Shown: in pieces, positions 39,642 through 46,425 of the stretch
Numbering within the stretch: the first letter of the stretch is position 1
Layout: the number at the start of each line of letters is the position of its first letter
Source: Candidatus Hydrogenedentota bacterium
GTDB lineage: Bacteria; Hydrogenedentota; Hydrogenedentia; Hydrogenedentales; SLHB01
Direction of reading: 5' to 3'
Length of the DNA: 64,000 nt
Assembly (NCBI GenBank): GCA_963674865.2
Contig: CAXXYE010000007.1
Span: 320,001 to 384,000, forward strand
Translations under genes and position numbers: made by a program
Notes under the pieces: generated by a model
What the model was told of the DNA's origin: nothing
What the model saw: only the letters and a program-made list of their open reading frames with translations
Database searches by the model: none

Positions 39642-39747
39642 TTCGGAAATTGCCCACGTATCTCTCCTTGACGACCGAACCGCACTCTGTCTGGGCCACA
39701 AACTCTAAGTAAGCGTCGCCGCTCTTGAGCAAGGACCTCGTTCTTAC

Positions 39748-40677
39748 TTAGGCAGCGTACGCCTCGCGTTCCCGGTTACGCTCAAGAGTACTGAGGACCA
39801 AGAGATTGTAGCTCCAAGCCAGCACAACGGCCAGCGTGAAGACGACCCCGAGCCAAACAGTCCCAAGCCGGAAGCCCATAAGACTCCAAGTTACCAGAGC
39901 GTCAACAGAAGTCAGTGCACCCAGGCAGGTGAAGTTAACGAAATTTGATTCGCGTTCAAGTTGCTCGCGCCAGAAAGGCGCCGTGCAGATGGGCAGCAAT
40001 ACCACAAAGAGAAGCCAACCGCTCAGCCGCAGACTTGCTCCTCCTCGCTTGCCAGGCTGCCGACCGATGTCCACGTGGGCGAAGACCATTCCGCTCTGGT
40101 TCTTGAAGGTACGGCGGAAAACGGGCACGGCCGAGCCTTTGCCGGCGACTTCGATAGCCGCCCGTAGGGAGGCGATGCCGTTCAGGGTCCTGAAGTCTTC
40201 AACAACGCCATAGACAACATAGTCCAGTCCGGCCTCTCGAGCGACTCCGAGTGCGGCGCCCGTCGTTGCCACGGGACGGCCCTTCCACGCGTCCGCCGCC
40301 GCCGCTTTGACGATCCCTAGCCGGGCGGCCTTCGCCGCAACCTGGTCTCGCAGCCCCGCCAGCATGGAATCCGTGACAAGTCTGCAATTGGTGCCCGATT
40401 GAAGTGCCGATTCGATGCGTGTGCGAAGGTGGTCGCCCTGGTCTCCCTGCAGCCGCTCGACCTTCACATACTTGCCCGACCAGGCGCTGTTCGCATAAGC
40501 CCCCAAAGCCTCGCCGACGTCTGCCGCGACGCGGTCGGCGGCCTCGGCGCGGGCGGGGTCGAGGGGCGATGTTGACGGCCGGATAATCAGGTATCCCTGC
40601 AACACCAGGAACAGTGCCAGCAGGATGGCCCCGTACTTGCCCGTTCCGAACTGAAGGAGTCTTGTGAGCCCTAGCAT
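39748..40677 (-). CDS. Membrane protein (N-terminal TM, soluble alpha/beta domain, three C-terminal TMs)
   Basis: Hydrophobic segments; GLDYVVYGVV resembles CsgG/TolB-N-like strands. Confidence 0.7.
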   Translation of the reverse strand: MLGLTRLLQFGTGKYGAILLALFLVLQGYLIIRPSTSPLDPARAEAADRVAADVGEALGAYANSAWSGKYVKVERLQGDQGDHLRTRIESALQSGTNCRLVTDSMLAGLRDQVAAKAARLGIVKAAAADAWKGRPVATTGAALGVAREAGLDYVVYGVVEDFRTLNGIASLRAAIEVAGKGSAVPVFRRTFKNQSGMVFAHVDIGRQPGKRGGASLRLSGWLLFVVLLPICTAPFWREQLERESNFVNFTCLGALTSVDALVTWSLMGFRLGTVWLGVVFTLAVVLAWSYNLLVLSTLERNREREAYAA

Positions 40678-40701
40678 GGCTATGCTCCCATTCGCCGGCT
40701 G

Positions 40702-41361
40702 TTACCTTGGTGTGGCGGCCCTGCGATAGGCCGCCACGACCAGCAAGAAAACCAAGAACGCCCCGAGCACGATCAGGGCGAATCGATGACTGACGATGAA
40801 GACCGCAACGCGGTCTGCGGGCGCAAGCGGAGTCAGTTCCTCGACGGCTCCCTCGACCTGCTCGCTCCAAAGCAGGCTGCCGGGGTTTTCCTCGGCCAGG
40901 CTTGCGAGGTTCAGCATAAGACGAACCGTCGCCCGCTGGCCTTCCTGTCCACTTTCTTGAATGGCCTCGACATCGGCCTTCTCGACCGTGCCAAACAAAA
41001 GTGCGTCAACACCTTGGACGCGCAATTCGTGCGCCGTCTCCTGCAGGATGATGTCCTCTCGCTTGACCTGGCGCACGAACTCGTCCGCTAGAGGCCCCCA
41101 GTCCACATCACTGGTCAGGACGACGTCGAACGCCGTCTTAGTCAGCATGCTTTGCACCAGGGCCGTGACGTTCCCCGGGTCGTTTTCCAGCGTCGCTACG
41201 CCGACCCGCGTCACGCCTTCCACCTTCGACGCCTGTGCCAGCGACGCTTTGGCCGCATCAAGCGCGTCGAGCGTTGCGGCGTTCAGCAGGTCCGCCTCAT
41301 CCGCAGCGGCCGCACCCCATACAACGAACCCCGTAACCAGAACCGCTGTTATTCCGCGCAT
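40702..41361 (-). CDS. Exported CsgG/TolB-N-like protein with C-terminal TM anchor
   Basis: Signal peptide MRGITAVLVTGFVVWGAAAA; GVDALLFGTV..LLWSEQVEG; TM then RRAATPR. Confidence 0.65.
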   Translation of the reverse strand: MRGITAVLVTGFVVWGAAAADEADLLNAATLDALDAAKASLAQASKVEGVTRVGVATLENDPGNVTALVQSMLTKTAFDVVLTSDVDWGPLADEFVRQVKREDIILQETAHELRVQGVDALLFGTVEKADVEAIQESGQEGQRATVRLMLNLASLAEENPGSLLWSEQVEGAVEELTPLAPADRVAVFIVSHRFALIVLGAFLVFLLVVAAYRRAATPR

Positions 41362-41494
41362 GTTAGGTCTCCTTCTCAAAGCCGATTCCGGGAGCTTTGT
41401 GACTTTCCCGTCCCACCTTCCTCGGTCCTATGTCTTCACGATACTATACCAGGCAAAGTGCGTGCCAGCGTGTAACACCATCTGCCTGAGGCGG

Positions 41495-42646
41495 CTATGC
41501 CGCCATATGCTCGTCGCGAAACTTCGCCAGCTTGGCCAGTTCCGCAGGGCGGATTGACGGCCGCACCCGCTGCAGCGCGGCGTCGAAGTCGGCCATGGTA
41601 ACAGGCTCCGGGTCGTTGACGGACCCGAAAGCTCCGTCGTGACGCTGGAGCGTGCGCTTCAGAGCCGCCATCTTTGCTTCGACGCAAAGGCTGTCGCGCT
41701 CCCCGGCGATGTCGGCGCCGGAGTAGCCTTCACAGCGGCCCGCTAGAGTCGCGTAGTCCAGACCTTCTACAGGCGTATTATCCATCGCCCGCTCGATCAT
41801 GTAAGCTCGAGCGTTTTGATCCGGCAGCCCCACGTAGACCAGCCGGCCAAAACGTCCCGGCCGTGTCGCCGCCTCGTCCATTAGCCACGGCCTGTTGGTC
41901 GCCCCTAGGAGAATGACGCAGTTCCGTGTGGGGTCCAGTCCGTTGATGAGTTGAAGTAATTGCGGTACAACCCGGGCCATAACGGATGAATTAGTCGCCG
42001 CCCGTTTGGGGAACAAGGCCTCCGCTTCGTCAAAGAAGATCACGGTGCGTGGGTGGCTCCTCGCCGCATCAAAGAGCTGGCCAAGCAATTGCTCCGTTTC
42101 CCCGAACCATTTGCTCAGCACGCGCTTCATTTCGACCGGGATGAACGCCGCGTCGACCTCGCCCGCGATGGCCCGCGCCATGAAGGTTTTGCCCGTTCCC
42201 GGGGGACCATACATCAGCACCCCCGAGCCAGGCCGAAGCCGGTACTCCGCGTACACGTCGGCGTGCTTAATGGGCAGGATGATGTGGCTGTGAATAACCT
42301 CCTTGACCTCATCCATGCCCGCCACGTCGTCTAAACGCGTGTCCGGCCGCTCCGTGGCAACCCACGCTCCGGGTTCCCGTGTGACCTCGCCCGTCCCGTC
42401 GCTCGTGACCCGGGTAGCCGGCTTACCCCCTCGGTTCCGGGTCAGTGCTTTGTCGCCTTGCGCCTCGTAACGCTTGGCAAGGCGGATGAGACTGCCCCGT
42501 GTGCGTCCCGCACTGTTCTGAGCCATGCACAGACTCATGCGGGAGGCGTTGAAGAGGTTGTAGGCCACCATGCGCCAGTCGTTGCGGTCCAACGCCGTTT
42601 TGACTTGGCCTTCAGCCAGCCGTCGTTCTCGTTCGTAGTCCATCAC
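41495..42646 (-). CDS. Single-ring AAA+ ATPase with MIT-like N-terminus (Vps4/CdvC-like candidate)
   Basis: GPPGTGKT, SKWFGETE, IFFDEAE, GATNRPW..RPGRF; ~70-aa helical N-terminus; C-terminal VTMADFDAALQRVRPS..KFRDEH. Confidence 0.85.
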   Translation of the reverse strand: MMDYERERRLAEGQVKTALDRNDWRMVAYNLFNASRMSLCMAQNSAGRTRGSLIRLAKRYEAQGDKALTRNRGGKPATRVTSDGTGEVTREPGAWVATERPDTRLDDVAGMDEVKEVIHSHIILPIKHADVYAEYRLRPGSGVLMYGPPGTGKTFMARAIAGEVDAAFIPVEMKRVLSKWFGETEQLLGQLFDAARSHPRTVIFFDEAEALFPKRAATNSSVMARVVPQLLQLINGLDPTRNCVILLGATNRPWLMDEAATRPGRFGRLVYVGLPDQNARAYMIERAMDNTPVEGLDYATLAGRCEGYSGADIAGERDSLCVEAKMAALKRTLQRHDGAFGSVNDPEPVTMADFDAALQRVRPSIRPAELAKLAKFRDEHMAA

Positions 42647-42655
42647 GCGTCTCCC

Positions 42656-43291
42656 TTAAGCCAGCGCTTCATCCATCTTGCGCTCCAGGTCGGCGTCCAT
42701 ACGGGCCAAGCCGGCTTCCTGACCATCCGCGGCGTCGCCCTCGATAGCGCCTGCCGCCTCGTTCACCACTTGGGCGTAGGCGTCCTGTTCCTCCTCGTCA
42801 AGCGCCGCGCTCGACGCGGGCGCCGCCACATCGACCAAACTGGTCTCCGTCCATGGCTCGACCAGATCCTGGTTGCGCTGGGCAAGCTCCGTAAGCCGTT
42901 CGCGGACCTCATCCGGATCGACGCTTTCCCGGGCGAGCTCCTCGATTCGTGCCACGACCTCCATCCCGCGGACAAATTCGTCATAGTTGTCCTTTACCTG
43001 AACCTGTTCCAGCGTGTACTCCATATTGTTGACCGCCAGCGTGCGCGCAACGGCTTCCTTATCAATCTGCACGAGTTGCCGCACCATCTGTTTGGCCAGC
43101 CCGGGCTTGCCCTGACGCTCATAAACCACGGCTTTGCGCCTCATCTCCTCGGCCTTGGCCTGGCGCTTCGCCACACTGCGGCGTTCGCGACGGACCGCGG
43201 TCCTGGCCTTGGTAAGCGCCTGTCGGCGCCTTCGGGCGCGCTCGGCCTCCCGGCGGCGCCGCGACTTCAGTAGGTGGCTCCAAGTACTCAT
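42656..43291 (-). CDS. Snf7/ESCRT-III-like helical protein
   Basis: 211 aa; very basic N-half, acidic C-half; KAVVYERQGKPGLAKQMVRQLVQ; tail DADLERKMDEALA (MIM1-like). Confidence 0.7.
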   Translation of the reverse strand: MSTWSHLLKSRRRREAERARRRRQALTKARTAVRRERRSVAKRQAKAEEMRRKAVVYERQGKPGLAKQMVRQLVQIDKEAVARTLAVNNMEYTLEQVQVKDNYDEFVRGMEVVARIEELARESVDPDEVRERLTELAQRNQDLVEPWTETSLVDVAAPASSAALDEEEQDAYAQVVNEAAGAIEGDAADGQEAGLARMDADLERKMDEALA

Positions 43292-43315
43292 GTCCCTTAT
43301 CCTCCACATTGGCCG

Positions 43316-43981
43316 CTACGCAGTCTCCGCGTAGAGCCGGTTTTCAAGATCACTGACCACTTCGCTCCCTTTCACCGGCGACCGCTCTTGCTCATTGGGC
43401 CCGTCGTCCGTGTAGACCGCCGAGAGACGATTCTCCACTTCGGCCACACTCACTTCCTCCCCCGTGTCGAAGGCCCCGGCCGATTCAAGCTCGGCTGCCG
43501 CGTCAGAAGCACCTTCCTGTGCGACGACGGCTTCTTCCAGGTGGGCCGCGATGGCCTCGATCACCTCAGCGTCAACGCCGCGCTCGCCCATCGCCCTCGC
43601 CCTGCGTACTTGCTTGACGAGTTCCGTCAGCATCCGGCCGTTCGCGCTGTGGATCTTCGCCGCCTCGTCCTCCGACTCTAGTTCGCGCATGAACCCCTCG
43701 GCCTGGCGCAGCAGGTTCTGCCTAACTACCTTGATCTTCGCGTTTCTGGCCGCTTCGAGTAGCGCCTCGACCCGCTTCGCCAGGGGCTCAAGCCGCTCCA
43801 AGACCTCCTGCTGCCGCTTCCGGCTGCGTGCCCTCAGCACCACCAACTGCGCGTCGAGTGACTCCCAGTCGGCGGCGTAGTCAATCATCTGGGCCAGGTC
43901 AGCCAACCCGCTCTCAGGACGGACCCGAGCGGCGCGAGCCGCTTCCTTCAGGGCCTGCTTAAAGCGATAGAAAATGTCCAT
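43316..43981 (-). CDS. Second ESCRT-III/PspA-superfamily-like helical protein
   Basis: 221 aa coiled coil; amphipathic MDIFYRFKQAL start; acidic C-half; EVENRL and terminal SDLENRLYAETA. Confidence 0.6.
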   Translation of the reverse strand: MDIFYRFKQALKEAARAARVRPESGLADLAQMIDYAADWESLDAQLVVLRARSRKRQQEVLERLEPLAKRVEALLEAARNAKIKVVRQNLLRQAEGFMRELESEDEAAKIHSANGRMLTELVKQVRRARAMGERGVDAEVIEAIAAHLEEAVVAQEGASDAAAELESAGAFDTGEEVSVAEVENRLSAVYTDDGPNEQERSPVKGSEVVSDLENRLYAETA

Positions 43982-44004
43982 GAGACCTCTCCCCGAACCG
44001 TTGC

Positions 44005-45234
44005 TCAGTTGAAATCCAAAAGCCAGTCGTTGTTTTCCGGGTCCTCACACAGTACATAGGCCCGGTCATTGCGCTGAATCGCCCTGAACGCGTCGAGGAC
44101 GAGCCGCGGGGCAACGTCAAATTCCTTCGACACGGAGGCGGCACTCAAGGGGAACTGCTCCACGGGAAGCGCCTTTACATTCTCAACGCACGACTCGATT
44201 TTCTCGGCGTCACCTTGTGTGTCAAACAAACCCTCGACAAATCCGGCTAGATCCGACTGTTCGAGTCGATGGCGAATGTCCCAGCCGCCCTGGTTGGAGG
44301 GACTGACGAGGACTACGTTTGGAGGCAGTGGTATCGAGTCCGACCAGCCCGCCGGACTGAAAAGGATGTTGACCGCCTCCGAAGGGCATTTTGCAGAGAC
44401 ACCTTCTAGGGCCGCGTTGAGGCCCCCCAACCCGACTGGTTGAGCGATGAAGCCATGCTCCAGCATCTCTTGCAGTGGCGCATAACTGGAAGCTGCAATA
44501 TAGAGCCGTTTGGGCCGCCGGAAGGGGCTCCTGCGGCCTTCTCTTGGGCGCACCTCAAAAAGTCGGCCTCGGTTGGCGGGAAGCTCCTTTGACCGTTCCT
44601 TTAATGCGTCCCCCAGCGGATGCTTCAGAAGGAAGTCTCGCGGCACGTCGGCCGTGTGCCACGTATCGAGCTCAATCACCTTGGCACGCTTGAAAGAGCG
44701 GCCCGTATGCGATTGGGGGCCGCCTCGCAGTGAACCGTCAAGAAACCCGTGAAACAGGGATTCCAAATGGCGGGCCTGGTTAAGTGTTACCGCACCGTCG
44801 GGCTGGCGTTCAGGAAGTCGGCACAGCCGCTCTTGACACTCGAGGCAGTACTTGCGAGCCGATACAGTGTTCGCACTGCGCGGCAAGGGCTTGCCGCACC
44901 CCGCGCACGATGCTACCGTTTTTTTCTCGGGCCCTAGGCAGGCTATCGCCGACCGCCTCCCCAGATGTAAATCTTGTCGGGGGACCGTGGCATTTGAGTG
45001 GCAAGAGCACTGCCTTTGGCCCGAATGCCAGCACTTGTAGCAGATGAACTCGCCGCATACGCTGCACGAACCACGCCGCGAAAGGCCGCTAACAATGACT
45101 TCGTGACACGCCGCGCAGACCTTAGCCTCTTGCAAGCCGGCGTGGAGTCCGTCTCCGCATTCTCGACGGTCTTTGAGCGGGTATGGGATGCCTGGTGCTA
45201 AGCCCAACCGTGTCTGTCTCGTTATGGTGTCCAT
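44005..45234 (-). CDS. Cys-rich zinc-finger protein with alpha/beta core and C-terminal winged-helix-like domain
   Basis: CAAC..CSVC..CYKC..CSCH and CAGC..CLEC; LSAASVSKEFDVAPRLVLDAFRAI plus beta hairpin. Confidence 0.6.
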   Translation of the reverse strand: MDTITRQTRLGLAPGIPYPLKDRRECGDGLHAGLQEAKVCAACHEVIVSGLSRRGSCSVCGEFICYKCWHSGQRQCSCHSNATVPRQDLHLGRRSAIACLGPEKKTVASCAGCGKPLPRSANTVSARKYCLECQERLCRLPERQPDGAVTLNQARHLESLFHGFLDGSLRGGPQSHTGRSFKRAKVIELDTWHTADVPRDFLLKHPLGDALKERSKELPANRGRLFEVRPREGRRSPFRRPKRLYIAASSYAPLQEMLEHGFIAQPVGLGGLNAALEGVSAKCPSEAVNILFSPAGWSDSIPLPPNVVLVSPSNQGGWDIRHRLEQSDLAGFVEGLFDTQGDAEKIESCVENVKALPVEQFPLSAASVSKEFDVAPRLVLDAFRAIQRNDRAYVLCEDPENNDWLLDFN

Positions 45235-45361
45235 TTGTGTCCTGCTCCAATTGGGTGCCAAAAGCTACTCCGCATGGAGCAAGACCGGTGCCATCTTTCC
45301 GTGACGAGAAGGTCACAACCTCCGAAGGATGCTAGGAGACGTGGCCTGGGCAAGCCCGGGT

Positions 45362-45547
45362 CTACTCGGGCCAGATACAGAAGATGAACCTGACCGTATC
45401 CGGCTCTTCGGGAATGTCGGCCAGCCTCATGTATCCCTCAGGCACCTCCCCTTCCCACTCGTCGGGGACAGCTTTGTAGAATCGTATTCCCTTGATCTTC
45501 GGACGGGCGGCGCGCTCGAGTTTCCTAATTCGATCCTTGTTTCTCAT
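45362..45547 (-). CDS. Small hypothetical protein (element-borne)
   Basis: 61 aa MRNKDRIRKLER; overlaps the upstream stop; GGAG SD. Confidence 0.55.
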   Translation of the reverse strand: MRNKDRIRKLERAARPKIKGIRFYKAVPDEWEGEVPEGYMRLADIPEEPDTVRFIFCIWPE

Positions 45548-45950
45548 GTGTCTTGACTCCCATTCTCTGTTCTAGTTGCTGTATGCGTTCCTCGAAGGTC
45601 ACGTGCTCCCGCCACCGCAGGCAGGTATCCAAGATCGTGGCGGCCGCCCTTATCCTGGGGTGATCCGGGGCGTCGGAGTTGTCCATTACCCCCTCAAGAA
45701 CCCCCAAGGCCTTGTCCGCCAACCGCCCCAAGCGCCGGGCTGCGGTACGCACCACTTCACTCTCGGCCTCGCACAACTGAGCCCGGAATGCGGACTTGTC
45801 CAGCCACCGGCGCAGGGTCCGTTCGGACACACCGCCCGCCTCCGCCGCCGCCGCGCGGTCTCCCGTAGCCACCAACGCCGTCAGGGCACGGTAATGACAA
45901 GGCTTCAACTCATTTTCTACTAGGTCATTCTTGGCCATACTCATCTTCAC
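45525..45950 (-). CDS. HTH protein resembling phage small terminase subunits
   Basis: AAAEAGGVSERTLRRWL HTH; ALGVLEGVM..RIRAAATILD; ERIQQLE. Confidence 0.6.
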   Translation of the reverse strand: MKMSMAKNDLVENELKPCHYRALTALVATGDRAAAAEAGGVSERTLRRWLDKSAFRAQLCEAESEVVRTAARRLGRLADKALGVLEGVMDNSDAPDHPRIRAAATILDTCLRWREHVTFEERIQQLEQRMGVKTHEKQGSN

Positions 45951-45999
45951 TCCTTGGTTTGGCTTGTCGCTAAAATGGACATGGTCGCCGTATGCAGCA

Positions 46000-46425
46000 T
46001 CAGCCCACGTCCAATATTTTCCGAAGGTTTCTGCAATCCTTCTGCAGAGCCCCCGTCAACGCCCTGGGGCCCTTGGGGCCGCCCCTGATATCTTCCTGCA
46101 GCCGCTTGAGGAAACGGTCACCTTCCGAGACACGAATGCCAGGATAGAGTTCGAAGGGCGTTGGAGGCAGGTCGCACGGTTCCACGTGGAGCACCCAACC
46201 GAACTCCTCAGCCCACAGCGGGTCCGTCTCCTCCGCCTGGATCGTGTGGTACCTCTCGGGACTCTGACAAAGGGCGATCAACTCGCGCTTGTGCTGTCTC
46301 AATGCAGCCCGCATCGCCTCGTCCACGGCCCCCCGGGGCGCATCCACCCTAAGCAGGTTATCCTCGGTGACGGACAGATGGATACCCATCCTGACCGCCT
46401 CTCGGAACAGGTCATCCGCGGTCAT
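46000..46425 (-). CDS. Hypothetical protein with TubC-N-like domain, coupled to the primase gene
   Basis: GIHLSVTEDNLLRVDAPRGAV..ALRQHKRELIALC; ATGA overlap with the primase stop. Confidence 0.6.
   Translation of the reverse strand: MTADDLFREAVRMGIHLSVTEDNLLRVDAPRGAVDEAMRAALRQHKRELIALCQSPERYHTIQAEETDPLWAEEFGWVLHVEPCDLPPTPFELYPGIRVSEGDRFLKRLQEDIRGGPKGPRALTGALQKDCRNLRKILDVG

Noticed and set aside
41495..42646. AAA ATPase as FtsH, Cdc48 or proteasomal ATPase
   Set aside because: No TM or protease domain, only one AAA module, and no OB/coiled-coil N-domain. The RPGRF motif is kept as a caveat on the Vps4-like call.
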